Of a stretch of DNA of 64,000 nucleotides, positions 53,719 through 63,369 are shown piece by piece. The position numbers and the translations under genes are program-made. Origin of the DNA: a virus; the IMG/VR virus record IMGVR_UViG_3300007511_000007, positions 32,001 through 96,000 of that record, one strand, 5' to 3'. Numbering within the stretch: the stretch's first letter is position 1; every line of letters begins with the position of its first letter. The notes beneath the pieces were generated by a model that was not told the origin of the DNA, did no database searches, and was given only the letters and a program-made list of their open reading frames with translations.

Positions 53719-56046
53719 CTACGAAGAAAAATGCGCCAGCAAACGATCTACAAAGAGAGAGTTGCGCTCATCTTCTTTATTGTTGTTGATCGCAGCCTCG
53801 ATTGCCTTCTTGGAACCGACGAGAATCACCTTCTTTCTCGCCCTTGTGATCGCCGTGTAAAGCAAGTTCCTTTGAAGCTGGTGTCTGAATGACGGAACAA
53901 TCGGCATAACAATGACATCACACTCCTGCCCCTGGAACTTATGAATCGTGCAGGCATAAGCGAGCCTGATATAAGCCACAGCCTCCTGAAAAGAGAAATT
54001 CACAACAATAGGAGGTAATCCGTCAATCTCAATTTCGATCTCTTTGGCTTTGAGGTCGATTCGATGAACATGCCCGATATCTCCGTTGAAGACATCCAAC
54101 TTGTAATTGTTCTTGACCACCATGACCCGATCCCCCTGTCGGATCATTCCTTTGCCCAATTTCACCTCGGTGATCCCAATCTGTGGGGGATTCAAGACCT
54201 TTCGCAATTCCCGGTTGAGGATCGTCACACCAACTGTCCCTGAATGTCGGGGAGAAAGTACCTGAAACTCCTTGTCCCCATTAGACAGACGCTCCGCAAA
54301 ACGAACAACTGTTGTCAGCACCTCATCTTCAGTCCCAACCGAGACCAATGAAAAATCCGATTTCATCTCTGCCTGCGGGATCAATCCATTGTGAATGTCA
54401 TGAGCAGCTTGGACAATATCCGAGGTGTCTTCTTGCCTGAAAATCTCCGTCAGTCTGGTAGTTGGGAAGTGCCCTGAGGAAATGATATCCCGCAACACAT
54501 TCCCCGGACCCACAGAAGGAAGTTGTGCCGCATCCCCGACAAACAAGAGCTTGCTGGTATTCGAAGTGCAAGATAACAATCGGTACAGCAATGACTGATC
54601 GATCATTGACGATTCATCTGCAATGACAAATTGAGCGGGGTAAGGGTTGTCGGCGTCATACCCCCAATCTCCATCATCGGTTCCTACTAGAAGTTGCGCC
54701 TCCCCAACGATTCCCTCATATGTGGTCTCTCGGGTATCCGCAGTATCGCTATCGATCTTGGCGGCAAACGCTCGGTGAATCGTATAGGCTTTTGATCCTG
54801 TTGCCAGAGCTAACCGTTTGGCCGCTATTCCAGTAGGGGCTACCAGCAAATAAGGAGTACCGATAGTTTGTAGGATCTTCACCAGCACTTTCAAACTAGC
54901 CGTTTTACCTGTCCCGGGAAGTCCGGTAATGACACTCACCGGAGCAGTCAGAGCATTGAAAATCCCTTCTCGCTGCTTCTCAGATAACCCGATTTTACAG
55001 AGATCATCCCATTCCGAGATCGCAGCCAAAACCGTTTTGTCTAATTCCCCTGTCTTTGCCAGTGCTTCAGTTCGCTGACCCACATTAGCCAACCGGGTGA
55101 GAAAATCCTCCTTATCTCCTTCCGCTGATTTCTCTGCTCGGTCTTTGAGCATCTGTGCCGACTCGGATTCAACTTGATAAAACCACGGTTCGTACACAGC
55201 CTTGGTACCGGGCACCGTCTTAGCGTCTATCTTGAGCCTTCCCTTTTTGTGCAAGCTAATCAGAGCAGTCGCTACCTCCTGTTCCGTAGCTTCTGGAATG
55301 TAACGACGCACATAACCAAGAATCAAACCCGTGGAAACATACAGGTGCCCCAATGACTTCTGTGAACGGCACCCATGCAACACGGCACCCCGGATTCGGT
55401 TCGGATTATTCTCCTGCGGCAAGCCCAAGTTAGCGGCGACCGCATCGACTTGCGAAAAAGTGAACCCATCTATGCTCACAAGTTGCCACGGGTCTCTAGC
55501 CAGAATCTGCTCGGCGTCATCACCGAACTCTGCCCAGACTTGTTTGATCTTACTGCGGGGCACATCCAGTTCATTGAGGAACTCCACCGTCTTGAAGTTG
55601 GCTCTGGCAAACTCCCACTTCGCCACAATGTGTTTGGCACTGAATGGGGTCAAACCCTCCATTTGCATCAGTAAGCTCTCATCATGGACGGCGTCAGGGA
55701 AGCCTTCCCCGAAGTGCTCTCGAACGCTTCTAATCAGCATCTCCCCGACACCATTCGCAATCAGGATCTTTTGGATCGTATCTGCATCCCAGTCTTTGAT
55801 GACTGGAGCTTTCGTGATTTCAATCTGGCGACCATATCGAGGATGATCTTTCCAGTTCCCCTCAAACCCGAACCAGGCACCGGTTTTCACCGGGAAGCCG
55901 GGGATGTGGCCTCGGACAGTTGTGGAATTCAGGGTTTGAAAAGAATCCTCGGAAGACGAATCCAACGCCACCTTGATAACATAGAATGCCTGTGGGCCGT
56001 TCTCATAAACTACAGCTACGACTCTTCCTGAATAGTAGGTACTCAT
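53719..56046 (-). CDS. recD2: RecD2-family SF1B helicase
   Basis: N-terminal OB (HPRYGRQ), HhH, GLPGTGKT, APTG.AA, DESSM, GDAAQLPSV, TIHKFQG, YTAITRA. Confidence 0.93.
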   Translation of the reverse strand: MSTYYSGRVVAVVYENGPQAFYVIKVALDSSSEDSFQTLNSTTVRGHIPGFPVKTGAWFGFEGNWKDHPRYGRQIEITKAPVIKDWDADTIQKILIANGVGEMLIRSVREHFGEGFPDAVHDESLLMQMEGLTPFSAKHIVAKWEFARANFKTVEFLNELDVPRSKIKQVWAEFGDDAEQILARDPWQLVSIDGFTFSQVDAVAANLGLPQENNPNRIRGAVLHGCRSQKSLGHLYVSTGLILGYVRRYIPEATEQEVATALISLHKKGRLKIDAKTVPGTKAVYEPWFYQVESESAQMLKDRAEKSAEGDKEDFLTRLANVGQRTEALAKTGELDKTVLAAISEWDDLCKIGLSEKQREGIFNALTAPVSVITGLPGTGKTASLKVLVKILQTIGTPYLLVAPTGIAAKRLALATGSKAYTIHRAFAAKIDSDTADTRETTYEGIVGEAQLLVGTDDGDWGYDADNPYPAQFVIADESSMIDQSLLYRLLSCTSNTSKLLFVGDAAQLPSVGPGNVLRDIISSGHFPTTRLTEIFRQEDTSDIVQAAHDIHNGLIPQAEMKSDFSLVSVGTEDEVLTTVVRFAERLSNGDKEFQVLSPRHSGTVGVTILNRELRKVLNPPQIGITEVKLGKGMIRQGDRVMVVKNNYKLDVFNGDIGHVHRIDLKAKEIEIEIDGLPPIVVNFSFQEAVAYIRLAYACTIHKFQGQECDVIVMPIVPSFRHQLQRNLLYTAITRARKKVILVGSKKAIEAAINNNKEDERNSLFVDRLLAHFSS

Positions 56047-56582
56047 CCTTTCGACATCTTTTCCAGCATCTCACGGGCTTCCGCGGCCGATAGACCCATC
56101 GCCGCCAATGTCTCGGGGCTGCATGTCATCAGTTCTTCCTTCATTTTTTCCGTGTCTATGACTGTGGCCGCTGCAATACGCCCAAAATGTCCGATCATCA
56201 CTTCAAAAGGAATCTCCTCCACCTTGCCCATGAAAGTACGAAGTTGCCAGACCCCATCAACCTCCTCCAAAACCCCTGACTCACTCATGTTAAAGAAGTA
56301 GAGGGGGTCAAGATGATGTTTCGCTGGGCACCATCCCTCAGATTGCCAAATACAATTTCCCCCACCCCACAAGAAAGGGTTCATGCTAATCGGGACATGG
56401 TGCATGGAAAAGACGATCTCTTGTCCTACCGCCGGGCGAAGCACATCCACGACACGACACTGTGGCTTGTTCTCAGGTTTTACGATGACCTTTTCGGCAT
56501 CTACGGAATCGAACCGTTTCGTCTTGTCCAGATCTTGTAGAGTGAATTTACCTTCCAGAAGTATCGCATTGAACTCAGGCAT
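56043..56582 (-). CDS. Hypothetical protein (179 aa)
   Basis: Start MPEFN with GGAGGAGG RBS. Confidence 0.7.
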   Translation of the reverse strand: MPEFNAILLEGKFTLQDLDKTKRFDSVDAEKVIVKPENKPQCRVVDVLRPAVGQEIVFSMHHVPISMNPFLWGGGNCIWQSEGWCPAKHHLDPLYFFNMSESGVLEEVDGVWQLRTFMGKVEEIPFEVMIGHFGRIAAATVIDTEKMKEELMTCSPETLAAMGLSAAEAREMLEKMSKG

Positions 56583-56608
56583 TTCCTCGCCTCCTCCTTT
56601 CATTCTAC

Positions 56609-59600
56609 TCAGTTCTCTGGTTTTGGCGGGACTATTTCACAAGAATCGTTGGTGCAGAACTTCTCGGTCACCTCATGCACAGAATCGGACAGGTCAAGAG
56701 GCTTCAAGGCCGCTACCATCTCGTTGTAGGTCTCCTCATCGATCTCAATGTATGGTGCCTGCTCATACCCATGGTCTTCAAGAGGCAATAGAGAAACTCC
56801 TTTGAGTTTTGTCTCGTAAGTCTCCAGGCATCTCTGAATGTCCTCGACCTCATGCGCCTGGAAAGTAACCGTAGCACTGACCTGATTGTCGGCCCACTCC
56901 CGTTGCAAATCCGAGACATTGGCGAATTGTTCCCAAATAGAAACATCCCTCTTTGCTCTGTCAAAGTTCTGCTCTCGGACCGGGAAACTGATTACAACTG
57001 TATCCGGAGCGTAAGTGTCTTCCTCTACGGTGTATTGCGCATCTCTGCAAGCCTGCACCAGTGGCGATGTGTCCTGCACCCTCACATTACGGATGTAGAA
57101 TTCTGAGTGCGGGTAGTGTTGCCCCGGTGTTGCCCCAACCAACAATGAGATCGTTCCGGAAGGTTTCACTGTCGCCATTTTGATCGAACGAGGAATACAA
57201 AGCCATTCTGAATACACCTTATCCAAGGTAGCCATGTACCGGTATCCATCGTCGCACCAGCGAAGGTACTGATAACGCCCCAACTTCTTCAGTGCCTGAG
57301 TAATCCCCGATTGAGAACACCCGATCCTACGATTCCTCATGGCGACCGCATTGGTACGGGGGTCATGGGTCGGGATCAGAGTTACCGTTTTTGCATAGAG
57401 ATAGGCGAACTTCAGGGTTCTCTGGTAATCCTCGAAGGTGTCATGGTGAGCCGGGAAGGTCTCAACCAAATTACACGCCTCCCTATCTTCGAGGGGGATC
57501 TCGCCACATTGGAATGTGGCAATCCCTGAAAAAGACCGTTCCGTTATGGAAGTGGCAACACACACAGTGTGGTTGTTGTCCACAGTGATGTTGTAAACGT
57601 CCTCCAGAGTTTCAACTTCTCTGACATATTTAACCCGATGATTGTACCCCTGCGCCAAACTCTCGAATTCCCGATACCCTGCCATGACATGCGGGTTTGG
57701 GGAATCCTTCTGAAACCTGACAGACACACTTCTATCCCGACAAAGACTCTCCCACTCCTTCTTAGCGGGGTTCCTGCCAAGCTGCTCTTGCAAATCTTTG
57801 TAAGCCATCATTTGCCTGTGGAGAGTCTGCCGCTGTCTATTATCAAACGCTCCCCGAACCCCCAGTTTTCTCTTCTCTGACTGAGCCAGCCTCTGCTGAC
57901 TGCACGAGGTAGAACAGAAGCCCCTTTCACGCTTACCCCACGGCACTATAAAGTCCTCTGCACACATCTCACATACCCGCACCGCATACAGACGCCCTTC
58001 TACCCACACCGTGTCTAGATCAGTAATTCTCCCTTGCCCCTCATAATAGCTTCTAAGCTCTCCCTTTCTTTGAGAAGCCATTCGTTCCGAAGATGCCTCT
58101 CTAATCTCTGGAGACTGCCCTTCAGACAATCTCTTTCGATACTCACTAGATCGACATCGCTCTTTCGCTTTCAAGCTTATCTTCTTTCGAGTCTCTGCTG
58201 ATTGTGTGCGACCCCACATCGGGTTATCTTCACCTGATTGCCCAGCTAAACGGGCATGGTACGCCTGGTGTTCTTTAAAGCTCATGATCTGGAGATTGTC
58301 AGGGGAATTGTTAAACCTATTGAAATCCTTGTGATGGACAACTAAGCCGCCCGCCAGCCACCCGGACCTTTTAGCTTCATCATACATCTCAACCCACTCC
58401 ACAGGAGAGTGGAACTTGGCAATCATCCTATGCTCAAAGATTTTCTTCTTAGTAACTCCTCTAGTGTCCACATGCACCCTGTAATATTCCGACCCTGGAT
58501 CACCTGCTCGAATCCGTTCCTTCGCCTTAAAGAATCTCGGAAGGCTGTCTCCAACTTTTAGGTCTTGGGCTGACACGCTCGCCCCATTCAGCAACAGCAT
58601 CTCATGCTCAGGAGTTACTCGTAAGGAGCCTCCCCCCACTAGACCGATCTCCACAAGTTTTGCGTTCTCCTGTGTCTTCCGAGGGTGCCTCCCCCATTGT
58701 ATCTCCACCAAGCCCGTCTGCGGGTTTACCGAATAAACAGGAACATCCCGGCCTTCCTTGGCTAACTCCCGCAAAGACACCGCCCCTCTTCCGTCTGCCA
58801 CAGCAATCAGAGTGTCCCCTGTAAAACAAGGATTGCTCCCCATCACTCTTCGGTCTCGGAAATTTGGTTTGTTCCGAATACGAGCAAACTTCTGCATGTT
58901 ATCTAACCAGATGATTCCGGGTTCCCCGTTTTGGGCAATCCGCCGGGACACATCCGCATAATTCATTCCAACCTGCCCAAAGATCGAGTTGTTACTGGCC
59001 CACCTCCGGTCAGTTAATGCCTCCTGATCCAATTTGAGATCCAAGAACTCGGCATCTTCAGGATCACCAAACATGATCTCGGACGTTCGCCTGACACCCC
59101 CGGCCACCACTGCCTTCCCAATATAGTTGAAGATATCCACGATCTGGCTCGAACTAATGCGGTGGCTTTCTCCATCTGGAGGTGTGAGCAGCTTCGTCAA
59201 AGAGGATACCAGATCTTCAAGAGGCTTTGAGCCACTCGAAATTCCCCCGAAAGTCTTTAATGGACTCCCCTTTGGCCGCAATTGGGAGTAATCGATCTCC
59301 TTCGGATAGAAGCCTCGACCAATGAATGAATTGAGAAGCGTCTTGATCAAATCAACCCAACCCTCTCTGGTATCTTCCACCACAAAAGGCTTTGTCGTAA
59401 AGCGAGGAGGCTGTATCCTTATTTTCCCAGCACCACGAGTATCCCCACCAACCCCAACCCCCAACATGGACATATCCATGAGCCAGCAGAATGGCCCCGC
59501 AAAATCCACTTCGATGTTCTCGGTCGAACAGAAAGCGCAGTTGAACAAGATTGCCGCTCCCTTCTTTTTCAGAGCTTCGGTACCCATCGCCCAAAGACCA

Positions 59601-59935
59601 CGACCGGGGGGCAGAAACTTGAACTCCCACATACGGGTGAACATTTCTTGTGCCGACCCTTGTGCTTTCGGCTCATTCCAGGGGAGCTTCAAGTTCCAGC
59701 AATGCTCCTTTTGAATGTTGTAGACCCCCTCCACAACCCGTTGGCACGTCTGCCAGAATTCCTCAGTACCCCCATCCTCCAAATCCCTGGAATATGTCCT
59801 CTTGTACACAAAATAACCCAACCCGTTGTACCCCCATTCGGGTTGCTTCCCAGCAAATTCATCTATGAAACTTTGGTTGAGAGAAAATACTCTCGCTTTC
59901 CGGCTGGCTGTTTGATCCAGATAAGTCGTGGTCAT
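56609..59935 (-). CDS. nrdJ: Class II (B12-dependent) monomeric-type ribonucleotide reductase, intein-containing
   Basis: YKRTYSR, PPGRGLW, NCAF, GGVRR, NPC/GEI, CNL, VKPSGT, C-terminal CTNDSC; start MTTTY 59935. Confidence 0.93.
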   Translation of the reverse strand: MTTTYLDQTASRKARVFSLNQSFIDEFAGKQPEWGYNGLGYFVYKRTYSRDLEDGGTEEFWQTCQRVVEGVYNIQKEHCWNLKLPWNEPKAQGSAQEMFTRMWEFKFLPPGRGLWAMGTEALKKKGAAILFNCAFCSTENIEVDFAGPFCWLMDMSMLGVGVGGDTRGAGKIRIQPPRFTTKPFVVEDTREGWVDLIKTLLNSFIGRGFYPKEIDYSQLRPKGSPLKTFGGISSGSKPLEDLVSSLTKLLTPPDGESHRISSSQIVDIFNYIGKAVVAGGVRRTSEIMFGDPEDAEFLDLKLDQEALTDRRWASNNSIFGQVGMNYADVSRRIAQNGEPGIIWLDNMQKFARIRNKPNFRDRRVMGSNPCFTGDTLIAVADGRGAVSLRELAKEGRDVPVYSVNPQTGLVEIQWGRHPRKTQENAKLVEIGLVGGGSLRVTPEHEMLLLNGASVSAQDLKVGDSLPRFFKAKERIRAGDPGSEYYRVHVDTRGVTKKKIFEHRMIAKFHSPVEWVEMYDEAKRSGWLAGGLVVHHKDFNRFNNSPDNLQIMSFKEHQAYHARLAGQSGEDNPMWGRTQSAETRKKISLKAKERCRSSEYRKRLSEGQSPEIREASSERMASQRKGELRSYYEGQGRITDLDTVWVEGRLYAVRVCEMCAEDFIVPWGKRERGFCSTSCSQQRLAQSEKRKLGVRGAFDNRQRQTLHRQMMAYKDLQEQLGRNPAKKEWESLCRDRSVSVRFQKDSPNPHVMAGYREFESLAQGYNHRVKYVREVETLEDVYNITVDNNHTVCVATSITERSFSGIATFQCGEIPLEDREACNLVETFPAHHDTFEDYQRTLKFAYLYAKTVTLIPTHDPRTNAVAMRNRRIGCSQSGITQALKKLGRYQYLRWCDDGYRYMATLDKVYSEWLCIPRSIKMATVKPSGTISLLVGATPGQHYPHSEFYIRNVRVQDTSPLVQACRDAQYTVEEDTYAPDTVVISFPVREQNFDRAKRDVSIWEQFANVSDLQREWADNQVSATVTFQAHEVEDIQRCLETYETKLKGVSLLPLEDHGYEQAPYIEIDEETYNEMVAALKPLDLSDSVHEVTEKFCTNDSCEIVPPKPEN
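57509..58828 (-). mobile_element. Intein (440 aa) with HNH endonuclease and atypical C-terminal Phe-Gln
   Basis: CFTGDT start, TPEH block B, VHHKDFNRFNNSPDNL (HNH), VYNITVDNNH block F, ends ATFQ before CGEI. Confidence 0.9.
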
Positions 59936-60082
59936 TGATATCCTGCTTCCCAATAAAGAACCTTCACGAATTCGGATGCCGTTTACATTTGGTAACAACC
60001 CCCTCTAAGACAGTTCCACCGAACCGCCCCACCCGACTGCCTCTTTCTCTAGCCAGCCCCCAGGCGCACAAGGAGGTGTAGT

Positions 60083-61045
60083 TCACACACAACTCAATAT
60101 ACCACTCACAAAGACATTCCAGGGATCAATTGCCCCACTTAATACCGCTCGCTCGGTTGCCGCAAACTTCTGCAACAATTTGAACATCCGACGCTTTCCC
60201 CAATGCTTGGCAAACGGCAACACCGTCTTCTGATACCGGAACGGGTGTGCCTTCACTATGGCCGCAGCCTCTTTAGGGGAAACACCTCGCCCCGCCAACT
60301 CTGCAGCCTGCGCACATTGCAGAATCGTAGATCGAATCTGACCAAGAATCGGCATCACCTGTTTTGCACGAGTTTCAGCCAATCGCCCCAGCAATGCCGC
60401 CACCGTCTTTGAGTTCCGAGCCGCTAACGCATCAATCAGAGGCCAAAAAGACGCCTCCGAAATAACCGCCATTGACCCCTTCAAAATCCCAGCAGTCAAT
60501 TCCTTTGTCCCCTGAGCCTCAGCAAGCTCCACAGCTTTCTGAACCTCAAACGAGACAACTCCGAGATCCGAACCAACACGATTTATCCAGGCAGCAGCCA
60601 AATCAGGAGAAATTGAAAACCCCTTTGCCTTTACTTCTGAAACACAGAAATTCGTCGCCACCTCATCGACCTCGAAGGGAGATGGAGCCGGATACTTTGC
60701 ATGAGTTTTGGGAAACGCTTTGGCCAACTGACCAAAAGAAGATTTCGCCTTGGGTGTCCCTTCATAACAGAAAATGAATCCCAACTGGGGATCAGGGTTC
60801 TTGCCGAACTCCTTGATCATATCGACATCGAAATCTGCCGTGGAATTCAACAAGGCTACCCGTGACCCCTCGAACATCGCCGCAAAGCCACACAAGTAAT
60901 TGTGCAACTCATCGGAATTGGCCAACTCCTCGATATCCCAACCAGCATCCTCATAACGGAAAATGATCTCTCGTAACCTGCGCCAACGCAAAAAGTGATG
61001 CCCCCCAGAGATCAACACCACCGGAGGAATCTTCAAGGTAGTCAT
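60083..61045 (-). CDS. holA: DNA polymerase III delta subunit-like
   Basis: VLISG, RVGSDLG...EVQK, FWPLIDAL; start at ATGA overlap 61045. Confidence 0.75.
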   Translation of the reverse strand: MTTLKIPPVVLISGGHHFLRWRRLREIIFRYEDAGWDIEELANSDELHNYLCGFAAMFEGSRVALLNSTADFDVDMIKEFGKNPDPQLGFIFCYEGTPKAKSSFGQLAKAFPKTHAKYPAPSPFEVDEVATNFCVSEVKAKGFSISPDLAAAWINRVGSDLGVVSFEVQKAVELAEAQGTKELTAGILKGSMAVISEASFWPLIDALAARNSKTVAALLGRLAETRAKQVMPILGQIRSTILQCAQAAELAGRGVSPKEAAAIVKAHPFRYQKTVLPFAKHWGKRRMFKLLQKFAATERAVLSGAIDPWNVFVSGILSCV

Positions 61046-61635
61046 TCTGACACCATCGCTGCAATCACTCCCATCATCGTCGGATTCCAGTATTTGATCC
61101 CTTTGCGGAGCCGTAACCAGAACTCCCCGTAGAGATCCCAATTCCGAGCTACCCCGAAACTCACCGCCTCAAGAAGGTCGTCTATTTTGTCCTTCTGGTC
61201 AACTACAACTTGTATCGCATCTGCAATCCGACCCGCATCCAAATGCTTGAGGAGACTCTCTGCCTCCTCATGAAGCTCAGGCACCACGAATTCACTCACT
61301 GGTGCCCAATAGGTGAGACAACGAGAACGAATCGTTTTACGCACCATCCCCGCATCTTTAGTCCAAAGAACCAATCCCACCTCTTTCGAGTCCTCAACCG
61401 ATTTCAACAAGACATCCTGAGTCTTCGGCATCGCCGTATCCATCGGGCCAATAAGAATGATCGGTAGCTTTTCGTCTGGGTAAACTGGAGGCTGATGAAC
61501 CAGCACTACAACTTGTCTTGCATCATCTATCTTTAAACCATCGTCACCAAAACGACCGGCTAGTCGCCCCCAACTGTGAGCTTCCTCTTCGGCTCTCGTC
61601 TTGGCTCCCGGGCCATGAATCAAAATGCTGGACAA
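61042..61635 (-). CDS. holB: Short DNA polymerase III delta-prime-like subunit (197 aa)
   Basis: ILIHGPG, KIDDARQ, QDVLLKSVE, TIRSRC; TTG start with AGGAGG RBS. Confidence 0.75.
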   Translation of the reverse strand: MSSILIHGPGAKTRAEEEAHSWGRLAGRFGDDGLKIDDARQVVVLVHQPPVYPDEKLPIILIGPMDTAMPKTQDVLLKSVEDSKEVGLVLWTKDAGMVRKTIRSRCLTYWAPVSEFVVPELHEEAESLLKHLDAGRIADAIQVVVDQKDKIDDLLEAVSFGVARNWDLYGEFWLRLRKGIKYWNPTMMGVIAAMVSE

Positions 61636-61858
61636 AGTAGTCCACCTCCTAAAGAGTATCTACTCCAAATGTCCGCAAAAAGAGATCAGTATGTGATATG
61701 GAAAGGTCGGTTGCAAGTCAGACACCGATATCGAATCGATGTCCCGGTTGTCATCCCACCGGCGGGACGCTTGAAAACAATCACCGCCTGTTTCCCTTCA
61801 CAACCCGGAGTGGCACGGCAAGAAATCCATTGTTTGTCAGTCTGTTTCACATTCTCAT

Positions 61859-62446
61859 TCATGGTATCAACCCCTGTTCACGATAACTCAGGATTAACTT
61901 ACCATGAATGAACTGGAAGAATTCCAAATACTGGTGCCGCCGCAACATGGCTGCAACTATCGGCTCCGAAGACTGATTGGCATCATCCTGCAAAACTGGC
62001 ACCACCGCATTCTGCCAGATGTCCCATGGAACCAACATGGGAAACTGACTTCGATCCTGTGCCCGCAAAAGTCCTTTGGTACTCAAACTCACCTGAACGT
62101 ATTTGGAAGGAGCGGCTCGATTCGTAGTAGGGAAATTCAAGACTGCACTCCCAGCTAACAAATAACCAACCCCAATCGCCAACTTCGCATTACCGGAAGG
62201 AGTGTCAGCAAACTCACCGGGATGCAATGTCGCATCTCGAATAATCCCGGTCCCACTTCTGGTAACATGATCTCTTTCCAGATCCCCATCCCGATCATAT
62301 GTCCCACTACCAGTTAAATCAGTAGGAGGCAAAGCAGCACCTCTGGCCATTCCCCGGCAAGCAGCATAACCCCCACGTAACCCAAGACGTTTCCCAGTTC
62401 TCGGATCAGTTGGAACCAAAGTGAATGTCTTCTTGTAAATAGGCAT
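61859..62446 (-). CDS. Hypothetical protein (195 aa)
   Basis: Start MPIYKK with GGAGGGAGG RBS. Confidence 0.6.
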   Translation of the reverse strand: MPIYKKTFTLVPTDPRTGKRLGLRGGYAACRGMARGAALPPTDLTGSGTYDRDGDLERDHVTRSGTGIIRDATLHPGEFADTPSGNAKLAIGVGYLLAGSAVLNFPTTNRAAPSKYVQVSLSTKGLLRAQDRSQFPMLVPWDIWQNAVVPVLQDDANQSSEPIVAAMLRRHQYLEFFQFIHGKLILSYREQGLIP

Positions 62447-62532
62447 CCCGAAATTACCTCCCTCCAAAAATGCACCACCTATGACCAAATTACCGAACCA
62501 CCCAAAAAACATGCTCGCAAAAAAATGCCCTC

Positions 62533-62651
62533 CACTTTTTCAAAAATGCAAAAAGACACAACTCACTTTTGCAAAATACTCCTTTCAGGAAACAAAATCA
62601 CAATTCACTTTTTGGGTTCTCGTCAGGAAATCACTTTTGAAAACTACTTTT
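62533..62651. repeat. AT-rich tract with five (C/T)ACTTTT direct repeats
   Basis: Copies at 62533, 62564, 62606, 62632 and 62645; several form TTTT-N1-2-AAAA palindromes. Confidence 0.55.
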
Positions 62652-63369
62652 GATGAGGTTTCTTTTTTGGTGGGAATAGAGGATGTTTGGGGTCTTTTAT
62701 AGGTTTACTATACATTTCACCTATTGGCAGCCCTCTTAGTTCAAAAAGCACAAGACCGAAAAACGGTTACGACTCAGACTAAAAACAGAAGCGGTACAAC
62801 TATCATTCTAGCGATCTTCCCAAGGTAAGATCTCTTTTAACTTAATGTCTTCTTCAACATCAGTTTCCCTTTTCGAGATCTGGACCCTCGGTTCATTTGG
62901 GTTACCTGATGAATCTCTTCCAAACGGATTCTTTCCCTGATTCCAAATTCAGGGAAGAGATTCATGAGACTCCCATACAAGCCTTACCAGAGGTTCGCCT
63001 AACTTCTAGGGGAACATGGGTTAGGCAACATCGCCCACCGTGGCTCTTTTTTCCCAATAGTATCTACCCATTCAGAAATTCAGGGTTCAATGGATTCCTC
63101 TATTGGAAACTCGGGTAGTAATTGTCAAAGAATTCGACGGGTCCAAGGTAGCGCAACGTGTATCTCTACCAGTTTTTCAACCGCACCTTCACTCGTTAAG
63201 GAATCCTGAAAAGGGATACGGACTCCTCACTCAGGCCCCATTGTGTTTCCTTTGACACACCGCAGGGCGTTTAAGGTGGCTCTTGATTTTCAACCGAGGA
63301 AGATCAAGTGGACCCGACCTACCTACATGGGACACTATAGGGGAACGGAGGAAACGGTGTCAAGAGGTT

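Noticed and set aside
57503-57520. Inverted repeat GCCACATT-gg-AATGTGGC across the NrdJ intein C-terminal junction
   Set aside because: An 8-bp repeat with a 2-nt loop is plausible by chance in 64 kb, and I saw no counterpart at the other intein junctions.
59936-60082. Cobalamin riboswitch upstream of nrdJ
   Set aside because: I could not find the conserved B12-box elements by eye; an Infernal search would be decisive.
40772-61635. Bacterial chromosome origin of dnaX, recA, holA, holB, nusG
   Set aside because: The sequences are highly divergent, packed in a phage-style unidirectional operon contiguous with virion genes, and no housekeeping synteny is seen.
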